From Paraspadella gotoi (lineage: Eukaryota > Animalia > Chaetognatha): 64,000 nucleotides of DNA. Under the pieces are notes generated by a model. It worked only from the letters and a program-made list of their open reading frames with translations. It did not search any database and was not told the DNA's origin. The stretch's first letter is position 1; the number at the start of each line of letters is the position of its first letter. The stretch lies in the NCBI GenBank assembly GCA_051294375.1, contig CM119265.1, positions 26,223,876 through 26,287,875 on the forward strand. Direction: 5' to 3'. This document shows, piece after piece, positions 1 to 12,342 of this stretch. The translations under genes were made by a program, and so were the position numbers.

Positions 1-3000
1 AAAATAAAACAATTTGTATTATTTAAACCGAGGCAGCTCAAACAGTGAAAAACGAGCGTCATTGTCCCAGTGAAACTGGGCGTTTAAATGTTAAACAAAA
101 AAAGACCGACCGGTCGGAATCGCAAAACGAACGAACAACACTTCCGTCGATTAAATGATTCGCCTGCGCGCTTCGCGATGTGAAAGACTGAAACGAAAAC
201 GTCGCTTCAAAAAATTTGTGCGCTACGGCTTTCTTGATGCCAGTGTGATCTTCAAGAACCCCCTTCGGCCTACGACTCGACGCCAAACAAACAAAACATT
301 CGAAACATCAGCGGCAACGACCGGCCAAAGAATGCGCCGGTCTATCTTCACGCTTTCTCTCGGCGACCCCTTAGGCGCTGACGGCGACTTTAAAGAGATA
401 CTGGATGATTACAGATGGATCGTCGAGCGTGCCTCCAATCTCAGAGATTTGACGTCTGATTCATGTCGCCGTGGAGACATCAACTTTGAAAAAGATAAGT
501 CTTATTGAAATAGAATAGAGAATTTCCTATGGAGTATGACTGTGGATGATTTTCCATCTTTTCTCTTCTGCATGCTTTGTACTTCCTGATTGCAGTTAGG
601 CCTAAGTGAGGTTACCAATCCTGACAAGGAGTTTGAAGTGCCGCGCAGATGGAGGAAGAGCCTTTGAATTAGAGGGATGGATAAGGATCAGCCCGGTCTG
701 GCTCTGGAGGTGTTCACATGGCTCTGACGGGAGCGTTCAGGTCAGTACGTTCCTTGAGAGAGCATTATACGTGGCTGAATGAGCCAGATTGGATAGAGAA
801 TTGCATATGTTAATTAGAAAGAGAGGGAAGAACAGGTGGCTCTGCAATTTAGGCACGAAGGTCCGAGGATTGAGGCTCATGAAATAGAAAAAGAGGTGAA
901 CTTATGATAGCACGCACAGAATTACTGCTGAGAACGAAAAGAAAATAGCTGAACTGAAAGCTCCATTGCATCGAGCCCTTGAACCAGATAAAGTTATATG
1001 AATTTCCTCTCCTTGGCGACCTCAAACTGTAGATGTTTTCTTGGGTCGCAGATGGGCAGTCAAAGAACTCGTCTGTGCCAACAAGGAGGGGCGAGAGATG
1101 CCGGTCTATTCAGCACATTCTGTCGTGACCCGGTCTGCTCACGTGGAGATTTCTGTGGATGCTTGATCACGCCTGGCAACCTTCTGCTGAAGTGGGGATT
1201 ACAAACCGAAATGGCAATGGATTATGGGAAAACATAACAGCGTCAGGTGTTAGCTTCACTCTTTGGTAATCCTTTGGCTGGGGTCTTTGCGCCTCCTCAA
1301 AGGCAACCCTATGATCCCTTTCCTTTGGTTTCGTGAATGCGGCACCTGTTGGCACCTGTGGTAGCAGTTCACCGCATGGGGTTCGCCCACTTGTTCATGA
1401 CTTTCCAAGACTATGCCTTGCTGCATATGGTTGGCGGGCAGCACTCTCCCAAAGGAGCGTCCTACTGTCAGTTTGCTAACAAATTGGCCAGGGTATTTCC
1501 AGCAGGATGGTGAAGCCATTTTGAGAGAGTTTTCGTTTCATGTTGAGAGTGCTTCCTGGCATTCAGTTATGATAAATTTTTTGGCAATTTGTTGGAATGG
1601 ACAAGGGGTGCTGCCAATTCTGGCCATCCAGAATTTAAGATGTACACTGATGGTGATCAGGCTCTGGGAGCTGCGAAGGCAGATTTAGAGAACATTGGGA
1701 TACCAAAAGTGCATGTTTTTCACTAGAATAAATCTTGAGAGCTGGCTTGAAGAAGGGTGAGCTTAAGCTTCAGACCATGATGGTCTACATGCGAATTTGT
1801 TGGGTCTTCAAAGTGATGGCCAGAAGATTGCTGAAATTCAAATTGTGATTTCAAGGAGTTCGACCTCAATAGATGTCCTGAGAGGCTCATGTGAAAGGGC
1901 GTGTACCCTTCATCAGAGAGACTGGAAAGATTCATCATAGTTGACTGTGCGACAAAATAGACCTGCTGGTTTTGCTGTTTTTGTTTTCTTTTTCTTAAGG
2001 ACATCTTCATGCAGATGGAATCACCCTTTTCAGCAATCAACACGCAGCATCCAATGACGGGACTGTACATTTCTGGCTAAGTTGAACGCCATCCAGGCGA
2101 GACTGTGACGCGATAACCGAGGTCCAGCAATTCTGCAGCATCTGAAGGATCACCAGGAAGCATGTTGCGCTGCCCACGAGCCTTTGAGGCACGAAGGAGC
2201 ATGTGCAAGAATCGTGTTAGCAGGGGTCTGAGAGTATGTCATCGTCTCTCCTGACTGCTAAATCCAATGCTGCAGAGAAGAGATCCCTGCTGTCAAGCAT
2301 GCTGAGCATGTAATCATTGCTATATTTAAGTGCCCTGTTGTTTATATCTAAATCTGTGCCTGACCGAAGTCCTTCAGTTGCAGATCAACAGCAAGCTGTT
2401 TCAGGGTTTGGGCAGGGACATATGCAACGAGGACTGGTGGGGCAAGAAATGTATGTAGAACCTGTAATCAGACTCAACACCACACTTTTATCCATGCTGA
2501 TGGTGCCCTTAGTGGTGGACTGCGGGGCCGGAGTCAACCCATCCTGACCCAGTTTTGTCTGCCTTTGTCACCCTGGATAGTGGAGAAGCCAACTTTGTTG
2601 GCCCAAAACCCGCTGTTCCAGGCGGGACTTTGGTGACGCACCTTCTTTTGAAGAGATGGCGAAATGGTCAAAGAAAAAGGATTGAGGCACGTCTTTTGCA
2701 GTAGATTACAGTTCTTGGGGTTGCGTTCATGGTGTTGCTATCGATGCGCTTGCTCTTCCCCTGGGCGGTATCTGCTTAATGTAGGGTATTTCAGGCAGCA
2801 GCCTGAAGATTCCCCTGAAATGAAGCATGAAGTTCAGAAGGGAAGCTGCAAAGCTCTAATGGAAGATTCAGTTGCCAGACCGACAACGAGACCAAAATCA
2901 AACTTAAGAATGACAGAAAGAGCTGACCGAACGAAATGACATAAGGAATGACAGACTGACCTGACAAACATGTACAGTCAGAAAAAAAGGCACTTATAAA

Positions 3001-3200
3001 GAATTGTTTGAAAGACTCAACTCTTGAAGATACACATACGAACTGCACAAGGTAGATTTTTGTGAGTCGGTAACGAGAACCTCCGCTGGTCCAAACAGCA
3101 AGGAGGGGGAGAGCCTTCATCCACGAGGGTTGCTTGTGACGGCGCGGAGTCTTCTCCCTTCCCTCTTCAAATAAACAAAAAATTCTTCAATGGAAGCGCC
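1..3200 (+). mobile_element. Degenerate, internally deleted BEL/Pao-type LTR retrotransposon remnant (gag region recognisable)
   Basis: GC-richer block with broken frames. Read across frameshifts, ~2290-2495 gives H..FKCPLFISKSVPDR...SCFR.LG.GHMQR...RNVCRTCNQTQHHTFIH, matching the BEL/Pao Gag triple zinc knuckle ending CxxC...HHxLLH. ~1560-1700 gives KFFGNLLEWTRGAAN...DQALGAAKADLENIG, resembling DUF1759. Purine tract aaggagggggagag at ~3100. No pol (RT/IN) motifs recognised; boundaries approximate. Confidence 0.65.
1440..2500 (+). pseudogene. Frameshifted BEL/Pao gag (DUF1759-like region plus zinc knuckles)
   Basis: tgt aga acc tgt aat cag act caa cac cac act ttt atc cat = CRTCNQTQHHTFIH at ~2454-2495; multiple stops and frameshifts upstream. 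Confidence 0.65.
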
Positions 3201-5984
3201 ACGGCGGCGCGCCGTATAAGTTTTAAGGATTTTGAGATTTCTTTATTTTTTTATTTAGTACTTAAACTTTTGTAGTTATTGATACTTGTACGTTTCTGTC
3301 TTTCTCTGAGTTTGATTTTACAGAGGGAACCCGGAATTCGATTAATTTTTTCGATTTATTAATCTAAAGACTGAATTTTTAAATTTTTACTTGAATCTGA
3401 AATTAAATTGTTTTTATTAACCAAACGGTTGAACTACCGTGAACGAATCCAGGAACCCTCGCCACGAAATTTTAGCTGATTTTTCTAGGCACTTCAAATT
3501 CTCGACTTGAATGGCGAATGAAGAAATCTTACTTTCTTTATTGCACATTTTAATCTTTTAGCTGTCGGTGCACAGGTGAAAGTGTTCCTGTATATTTCTT
3601 AACGAGTTAAGGGGTAGGAATTTGTTTTAAAGGCGAATTTCCGTATTTAGATTTGCATGCATCACTCTTTCTTAATTTTCAATATTATTTTTTAATTCAC
3701 TTTTTAGTTACATTTACCACGTTTAAATTTGCCATTTACCATAGGTGAACGGCTCCTAAGCTTTTTTCTGTATCTTATACTTTATACATAATTTTTGGAA
3801 AGTCCGGAACACTAATTTGAGCCCAGTTTTTATTGTTCTGTCATTATTTATTCATTTTTATTGAGCATGCAGTTATTGCTGGGAAGACAAGGAACGATAC
3901 CGACCCACATGCTGTGAAATTGTCTTATTATGAATATGTAACATGTATTTATTCAGTGACGAGGTACACTTTTCTATTAGATTAAATGTTTAGTCCTTCT
4001 TCTCCAAATTTAGTCATGAAACTTATGTTTGACAAATGATTTTACTTCTATTTTTAGTTCAGGTTGCACGGATATTTTGATACAGTGTTTCGATTAATTC
4101 TCTTTCATAGGCCGGTCTGCGACGGCTAGGTCAGGTGCGACCCGAGGAGCTTCCCTACGGCGCCCTGAGATTCGACAAGGCTTCGAATGGAGGGGTGCTA
4201 GTTGTCCGCGGTATCGCGGTGCGCAACGCTGGGGCGTTCGCGTAGGGCAGAGACGGAACTCACAACGTTCGACGGCCAGAGATTTCGACATCTCGAGTCC
4301 CAAGTTTTCACTTGATTCGCCGACGGAACGTCGCACGACTGCACGACAGACAACGAATTAATATGAAGAGAAAGCAAATATTCTGGTATAATTTTTAACT
4401 TTAACTTTAGAGAAAAGTCCAGAGCAGTTGCCTCGTTAAGCCGCGACGCGAACGTTTTCACGTTGCATTATAAGGTGTGCTTTTAAATGTGCTTTTTTAT
4501 CGTTTTTAAATCATTGTCTTGTTTTTGAATACAACTTGCACGTATCGCCGTGATTGCATCGCAATATCAAATAAACATTTTTAAAACATCGTTGGATTTC
4601 TACGGTCGATCGTCTAAGAGAAAGTCAGCAAAAATAAACAAATTTTGATATTAGTAACTAAACATTCGTGTCAATATGGCGGTCCAGCCTCTATCGAACG
4701 AATCTCACCATCTAGTTATCTATATGCTGGCCAATACATCATATCAATGTCAAATCTAGTTGACCTGCTTACATATTATATCAGTATACAATGCATCGAA
4801 TTATTAATGAAGTTGCAATTAATAATCGTCACCATCTTATTATTTCATCTAAACTATAACAATTAGACATACTAGAATGCAAATGCTTTTATTAAGAAAA
4901 TGCCAATCTAGATTTAACGAGATTCCCGGTTTGATTAAATCTCGAACTCTTTGTCCCGACCCGACCTCCTTCTTTTACGGCCGTAAAACCTTCCAAGAGA
5001 GGCCGACACGAAAAAAAAATTTTAAAAAATCACAAATAAAATAAAAAAATGGCCCATAAAAATTAAAAGAGGAAATAAAAATTATTAATAAAATTTTGAC
5101 GATGAAATCTCAGCGCTTCAGAGAAAAAAGAAGAAAACCGTTGAGAGAGAAAGGGGAAAAAACCCAGGGTTGGAGGTGGAATTGATGGGGTAAGATGATG
5201 GGGTAAGTTAAAGATGATGGGGTAAGAAAAAGGTGAGTGATGGAAGGTTAAGACATAAGGGGTTAGTGAATTTGAAGTGAGAGGGGGCGATGATTGGTGA
5301 GGTAGTTAACGAACCATTGATAAGTCGGCGGGGAATGTGAAAATGAGGTGAATAAGTGATTGTAATTAACAATGGTTGATGGGGAAAGGAAAGTGAAATT
5401 GCGAAAAGATGGGTAATGGTTAAAGACTAAAGACTAAAGGACAGAGAAAGAAAGGAGTGATACGAATTGTAAGTTTATATGAAAAAATTGCGAGATTACT
5501 CGTTTTCCTATGTTAAACTAAATTAGACAAAACGAATTTAAAAGTTTAATGTATTTCGCATAAATATTAGATTTAATTCATTTTTCTTTCATATTTATTA
5601 ATGCACAAAGAGAAGAGGGAAGGTAGGGTTGTTTTCTGAAAATAGAGGGAAAGTGGCATCGCAACCTTCGAAGCTTCATCAAGATTCTCTCTCTTCAACT
5701 GTTCAGTTATTCAAATACTTGTCCTGTAAATAGTCAGACGAAGTATTGTTATTGTTATCGCTTTGTTACTGTTGGAGAATACAAATCATTCTCGATCCGA
5801 ACCTTCGTCTCGTTAACAGCTAATGCCACAGGAGCATCTATACAACAAAGTCATATGTATATGAATGATAAGTTGAAAAGTAAATTGCGAATTATAGCGA
5901 TGAACGAATGAATGTAAAAAGTGTGGAGCGATAGTGATGGGGCTGCTGAAAGAGAACGGAGCTGGCGAACAGCATCTCGCGGAC

Positions 5985-6260
5985 GTGGAGTGAAATTGAA
6001 GCCATATTGCAGCGCTAATCTAGCGCCGTGGAGCCTTAATGCAGCGCCAATCTAGCGGAGTGAAATTGAAGCCATATGCAGCGCCAATCTAGCGCCGTGG
6101 AGGTGAAATTGAAGCCATAATGCAGCGCCAATCTAGCGCCGTGGAGTGAAATTGAATCCATATATGCAGCGCCAATCTAGCGCCGTGGAGTGAAATTGAA
6201 GCCATTATGCAGCGCCAATCAGCGCCGTGGAGTGAAATTGAAGCCATAATGCAGCGCAAA
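5985..6260. repeat. ~43-bp tandem minisatellite (gtggagtgaaattgaagccataatgcagcgccaatctagcgcc)n
   Basis: About 6-7 head-to-tail copies visible; some units have internal deletions. Confidence 0.95.
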
Positions 6261-6355
6261 TCTCTCGCAACAAGGTTTCGCTTTCTTTTCTTTTTCGCGT
6301 CATTAGTTTCGTGCATAAATTACGGAGACGCGTGACGTCTGGTGGGGAATGGAGG

Positions 6356-6460
6356 CCGGAAATCGGCGTGGTGCAGCAAGGACTTGACCGGAAATTGGTG
6401 GGGCGCAGCCGGGACTTGGCCCGAAAAATCGGCGGGGCGCATCAAGGACTTGCCGGAATG
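6356..6460. repeat. ~32-bp GC-rich tandem repeat x3 (ccggaaatcggcgtggtgcagcaaggacttga-like)
   Basis: Three diverged copies, each starting ccggaaat/cccgaaaaat and ending ggacttg. Confidence 0.8.
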
Positions 6461-6854
6461 TGATTAAACAATAACAGAATAAGTTAGTCAAACATTTTTC
6501 TTCCAAACCGCGCCGGAGAAAATAGATTTCGAAAACCATTAAGAGTTTTAGAGTAATGAATTTTTTTATATTTTGCATCAGGTTTATGATCCCACCACGG
6601 TATAAGTTTTTTAAAGCAACCAATCACGTGATTCGAGAGAAACAAATCGTGGCGATGATTTAGATCTGAGAACTCAAAGGCATCGATGTGCAGTGAAGAC
6701 TTGAGACCCAACTGTTTATTCGAAGAGTCTTTTGAAATATCGCCGCTCAAGCATGTGGTACATTGGTCACGCTGATCTGTTCATGGGTCAATCAATCGAG
6801 ATTCACAAAAGACGATTGCAATGGCGTGGGAAGAGAAAAAAAGTGAGAAAGAAG

Positions 6855-6965
6855 AGAGATGAGAGAGAGAGAGAAGAGAGAGAGGAGAGAGAGAGAGAGA
6901 GAGAGATGAGAGAGAGAGAGAAGAGATGAGAAGACGACGACGACGACGACGACGACAATGACGAT
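6855..6965. repeat. (GA)n and (GAC)n microsatellites
   Basis: Directly visible. Confidence 0.95.
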
Positions 6966-7065
6966 GATTAGTAACAAGGCACGCTTCAGTATCAAATATT
7001 GATACCTTTAACTATTATGAAAAATTCAAAAGAATTTTAGNNNNNNNNNNNNNNNNNNNNNNNNN

Positions 7066-7560
7066 GCCGTTGGAGTGAAATTGAAGCCATATGCAGCGCC
7101 AATCTAGCGCCGTGGAGTGAAATTGAAGCCATAATGCAGCGCGCCAATCTAGCGCCGTGGGAGTGAAATTGAAGCCATAATGCAGCGCCTATCTACGCCC
7201 GGGTGGATGTGATGATGTTGTTGTATTCTCTTATAATAGCGTTATAGCAGCCAATCTAGTCAGTCCTCGTCTGGAGTGAAATTGATGGGTGCGAACTATA
7301 AGTGCTAAACTGGTCTTTCTGCACTGTGGAAAGACGAGACCAAGTCTAGATCTCAAACAGTTGAGTACGCTGAAAAGTATGAAGCCTTTCACATGCAGTG
7401 CGCCAATCTAGCGCACTCTCTCTTTTCGGTGTGGAGTGAAATGAATCCATAATGCAGCGCCTAACTCAGCGACTTTTTGATGCGAATTATTTGCCCCCCG
7501 TGTGGAGTGAAATTGGGTGACCAGCCTCTCCTTAATACAATGCTTCTAAGCCGTCTTATG
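7066..7560. repeat. Further copies of the 43-bp minisatellite, decaying into error-rich sequence after a 25-N gap
   Basis: Three clean units at 7066-7200, then insertion-riddled units (ggagtgaaattg at ~7272, ~7433, ~7503). Confidence 0.85.
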
Positions 7561-8389
7561 CATCTTTCTCGCGCGAACAAGTTTCGATTTCTCTCGGCTA
7601 TCTCGTAATGTTCTTCTTTTAATTATGCCTTAATTGTTTCTCCTCTCTCGTGTGTCCATAAGTATTACTGAGTGCAGCGTGTGATTGGATCGAATTGGAC
7701 AAAAAAAAGTGCGGGACATAAAGTTGATCCGGAAATGTCTCACGCGAAGAGTGCAGTCGGTCGAGCGTTGCACGAGGGGTTGACGTGCGCGAGTCGTCAA
7801 GTCCGTCACAGGCGGTACGTCACCTGTTCCTCGTCGAGAGAATTCTGTCGTGGGTTTGTGACATGGCGTCGGCCGGCGTGTGTCGCTAGTGCCGGAATGG
7901 CTTTGCTGTCCGACTGTGTATATAGCCATCGGCTTAACTTTTACGAGCATTTAATTATTGGAGCTTCGGCAGACGGAAAATGGGGTCCGTCCGCAATTTG
8001 GATTAGTTTGCAATATTAATTCGAGATATTGATTCCATCGTCGATTCTCCGCTATCAATTTTCGGTCCGACTGTTGGATCAATTTAGGACAACACCTTAG
8101 CGCAAAATAGTAATACAAAACTATTATTTTAAGTTGAAGTAGTTAGTTTGGTAAGATACGGTTCGTTAGAAAGCGAACTGAAATTAAAATATCTACTAAT
8201 AGACCTTAACGTTCGCAACATTCTCAGTCAAAATTTCGGAATATCGTGAACGAAACAATATTTGCCAAATCTGAAGGGAAAACAGTAATCGGAAAATCTG
8301 TGATGAAAATTGAGGCGAGACGCAATTCAGGAAATTCGGCGCGAAAATATTGATCATAAAACACACTGACCTAAAAGGCGGCAAATTGC

Positions 8390-8397
8390 CGAGAGAG

Positions 8398-8496
<99 letters not shown>

Positions 8497-8590
8497 CGAA
8501 GGATGTAGACTGTTTAGTTTCTTGAATACGGACTTCACAGTCGCCGATTTTGACGACGACGAACGACGACGACGACGACGACGACGACAG
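8390..8590. repeat. (GA)n and (GAC)n microsatellites upstream of the ZF gene
   Basis: Directly visible. Confidence 0.95.
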
Positions 8591-8989
8591 TCAAACTTCT
8601 TCTATTTATCATTCATCGAAATCTGTTCTCGTTCTCGTTTAGAAAAAAAACTCGAATTAAGTTTTATTTTTAATTCGAACAATCGCCATCCTTGAAACGA
8701 TACAAACATTACATTTTTCACCGAAAAATATTCAATTAATTATAACATTATATAAATCAAAAAACAAAGAAAAACTAATCTCAATTTATACGAATCGAAA
8801 ACAAATTTGTAAACAAAGAAATAAAACAAAAATAAAAACAAAACGAACTAAATGTCGAAAAATAGTTAAAACTTTCGATTCTTGAACAACTTTTGCCGAT
8901 CTTTATCTTTAGAATAACATGAACTAATTCGTGGCGTAAGTTTTAATAATCGTTAAAATCTGCTTACGCGATCAAGACTCTCGCAAAAA

Positions 8990-10228
8990 ATGTTCCCGTG
9001 TTCCGTTTGTGGTGAAACTTTCTCCGAAATGGAATCATTAAAAGATCACCTGAAAAATCACTGCAACGAAAAAGGTGATGACTCATCCAAAAAAACTCTC
9101 GATAGTCAAGATTTAAAACCCTCAAAGAAAAAACAATACAAATGTGAATTATGTCAAAAGTGTGTCTCGTCACCGATGAGACTAAAGTTACATCTTCGAG
9201 GTCATACAAACGAGAAACCGTATCAATGCGAACTTTGTCCAATGACCTTCTCTGCCAAGCAACAACTAAAAAAGCATTCCTTTGTGCACGCAACGGATAA
9301 GAATTTCAAATGCGAAATTTGTGAAAAGTCTTTTTTATACAATGAGGATCTCGGAAGACATCGTTTCACGCATTCACAAGTTAAACCTTATATTTGTGAA
9401 GTTTGTCTGAAGTGCTTTAAAAGTAAAGTCGCTTTAAGAAATCATCTTATTACTCACACAGAAAAAGAAGTGGAATGCCAATATTGTTGCAAAACATTTT
9501 TAAAAAGTTGGCATCTTAATAGACATCTTGCGGTCCACTCAAAAGAAAAACCACATCAATGTGATATTTGTCATAAATTCTTTAGAGCAAAAAATGATCT
9601 AAAAGTGCACTATTTAGTTCATAAAAATGAGAAAAAGTTTAAATGTGAAATTTGCCTTAACTTCTTTAAACACCAGTCTGCTCTTAAGAAGCATCAGCTC
9701 ACGCACACGAAAGAAAAACCATACAAATGTGAGATTTGTCCAAAGCGTTTTTCAACTCATACTGGTTCTAAAGATCATATTTTAACCCATACGAAAGAGA
9801 AGCCGCACAAATGCGAAATCTGTCAAAAGTGCTTTTCCGTAAAAAGCACTCTCACGAAGCATTATCGAAGGCACACACAAGAAAAACCATTTAAATGTGA
9901 TATTTGTCAAAAATTGTTTTATGAAAGCGGGGATCTTCGAAAGCATCATTTTACTCATACAAAAGAAAAACCACACAAATGTGAAATCTGTCAAAAGTGC
10001 TTTTCTCTAAAATGCAGTCTTAAATCGCATCTTTTAATGCATTCTAATGAAAGACCACACGAATGTGAGATTTGTAAAAAATGCTTCAAATCACCAAATA
10101 AACTGAAAATACATCAACGAACTCATGCAGTAGATAAAATAACATATGAATGTGAGATTTGCCATCAGCATTTTGCTAATAAACCTAGTGTAGCTCGGCA
10201 CATTCAGAGAAAACACAAGAAAGAGTGA
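8990..10228 (+). CDS. Tandem C2H2 (Kruppel-type) zinc-finger protein, 412 aa, 14 fingers, single coding exon
   Basis: Intact ORF with 14 CxxC-x12-Hx3-4H motifs: one isolated N-terminal finger and 13 tandem fingers with H-T(K/N/Q)EKP(Y/F/H)-C linkers. AATAAA at ~10482 downstream. An extra upstream exon cannot be excluded. Confidence 0.95.
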   Translation: MFPCSVCGETFSEMESLKDHLKNHCNEKGDDSSKKTLDSQDLKPSKKKQYKCELCQKCVSSPMRLKLHLRGHTNEKPYQCELCPMTFSAKQQLKKHSFVHATDKNFKCEICEKSFLYNEDLGRHRFTHSQVKPYICEVCLKCFKSKVALRNHLITHTEKEVECQYCCKTFLKSWHLNRHLAVHSKEKPHQCDICHKFFRAKNDLKVHYLVHKNEKKFKCEICLNFFKHQSALKKHQLTHTKEKPYKCEICPKRFSTHTGSKDHILTHTKEKPHKCEICQKCFSVKSTLTKHYRRHTQEKPFKCDICQKLFYESGDLRKHHFTHTKEKPHKCEICQKCFSLKCSLKSHLLMHSNERPHECEICKKCFKSPNKLKIHQRTHAVDKITYECEICHQHFANKPSVARHIQRKHKKE

Positions 10229-11694
10229 TGACTCTTATTTGAAAAAACATATTCTAATCCTTTGGTTTCGTGTTCTCGCTCTCTGTGTACTAGGGTGTAG
10301 TGAAAGTTACATACGAAAATTAAAAATATCAATTATGAACAACATACCATCAGTGAACATTAATTTGTAAAAAAAATTAATTATAAGTTCTTTAATTCTC
10401 GCAGTAGGCTATATTTATATATAGTACTATTCTTATAAAATCGAAAAATTTCAAAATAGGCTTTTCTTAATTAAAATATAAAATAAAAGATGATAAAAGA
10501 AAATATAACTCATTTTTGAAAATTCTTTCATTAATTGGGTTAAAAATTAAAAAAAACTATATTTACTATATAAAATTTTAATTTTCAGCTTAAAATAAAG
10601 GTTTTTTATATATTTGATCAACTTAATGAAATAATTTTTAAAAAGAGTTAATTTCTTTTTATCAACTTTTCATGACGAATCCAAGAGACGTTTTTAATAT
10701 TCAATTGTTTAGTTTAGTTCTTGTTAATAGTTTAGTTCTTGTTAATATCAATTGTTTAGTTTAGTTCAGTTCTTTAGTATTTAGATCTACTTCTCCCGTA
10801 TATTTTATCATCCCTGACTTCTGACATCTTCATCTTTGTTGTTTTTCTATCTTTTCAATGACTATCATTACGTTAATTTTCTCAAGATGTTTGTACAGCG
10901 ATATATATTGTTAACGCGGAATAGTTTAAAATTAAAAATAAATATATGCATGAAATTTGACATTTTCTCGTTGGTCGTTCTCACTTATTGTGTCCATTCG
11001 GTTCAGAAAATATTCGTAGATTGATTTAATAAAAATTTTCAATAATTTTTTAACTTTGACCCTTTCTAAACAAAATTTTAAAATGGAAGTATTATTTAAC
11101 GGGGAGACCAGATATGGGATAAGGCGCTTAGCGTGTTAAAGATTTACTATCAAGAACTTCTTTGCCCGCCATCACCAACAATAGAGTCCGTGACTTCTAT
11201 GTTTTCAATGGACCCAAAGCGGCTTACGGCCGTCCTCACGCTTCCCACCTGTGGACAGAATCCGATAACTAATGCTCATCAGCCCTACGAGTGACAATGA
11301 ACTCGTCGTTTTTAGACCGAGATGAACTGTTGCAAAACCCAGATAATCCAGTGGCAGCGGAAAAAGAAGTAAAAATTAGCGGCGTCACCGATGAACAGCG
11401 AGAGAAAAGAAAAGAAATTAGTTTCGATTCTCAAGAAGAAGAAAAAAAGTCGAGGGAAATTAGAGGTGGCGGTCTTTTGTAGAAGTGGCGGTCGCTTTAG
11501 GCTAAACGAGCGTAATAAAGTCAGATTAGAAATCTGACTGAATTAAAAAAAAAAAAAAAGGATAAAAGTCTTGATTGAGCAGAAAAGAAAAAAAAAATTG
11601 TTGATCAGAGAATCGAACTGAGAATCAAAAGTCTGAATCAAAAACGTGTGAGGAATTATTTTCACAAAGGGTAAAATATTTTATCCTGTGAGAT

Positions 11695-11708
11695 ACACAC
11701 ACACCCTC

Positions 11709-11787
<79 letters not shown>

Positions 11788-11945
11788 CTCAACGTTTGAG
11801 CCACTGGCAGTAATTCGCATCTGTTAAACCATCTCTTTTCTTAAGTTCATTAAGTGGGCGTGACCGCTGCCGCCGCTGCCGCCGCTGCCGCCGCAGCACC
11901 AGCAGACACCGCTGCGCTGCCGCCGCCTCTGCCGCCGCTGGCAGC
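11695..11945. repeat. (CA)n/(CT)n microsatellite followed by a (gccgctgcc)n GC-rich repeat
   Basis: Directly visible. Confidence 0.9.
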
Positions 11946-12205
11946 GCATCCGATCATCAAATAAAACTCAAGATCAGGACTTTTTTCGCACCAGAGAATA
12001 TTTTAATCTCGTGGTGAAGAGAAGGAAAAAAAAAGGGGAAAAAAATGAAAGGTGAGAAGGAAAAAAGGTAAGGAGAGGCTGATGGAACATAAAAGAGGCC
12101 GACGTTAGGTTAAACTTGGTAAAGTATTAAATCGCTTATTAAATAAATGTTATATCGGGATATCCGTTGGAATTGGAAACCGGGAAAAAATAAAATAAAA
12201 AAGTG

Positions 12206-12342
12206 TCTTATATTCCCGGAGCACCCCATTTCATCTTAAATTTGGAATTAAGCCAGGGTTAGCGATGGTGGTTAAGAATTGAATATTAAATATTAAATAT
12301 TAAAATTAAATACAATAGAATAGGGCTCTGTAGGAAAAGAGA
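12206..12342. mobile_element. Short diverged copy of the TIR/telomere-like MITE family
   Basis: Left end tattcccggagcaccccatttcatcttaaatttggaatta matches the end at 14029; right end atagggctctgtaggaaaaga is an imperfect inverted repeat. Confidence 0.55.

Noticed and set aside
5985-6260. 43-bp repeat as a CRISPR array, or its CIMASISLH ORF (6089-6316) as a gene
   Set aside because: Head-to-tail units without unique spacers; the ORF is a by-product of the repeat.
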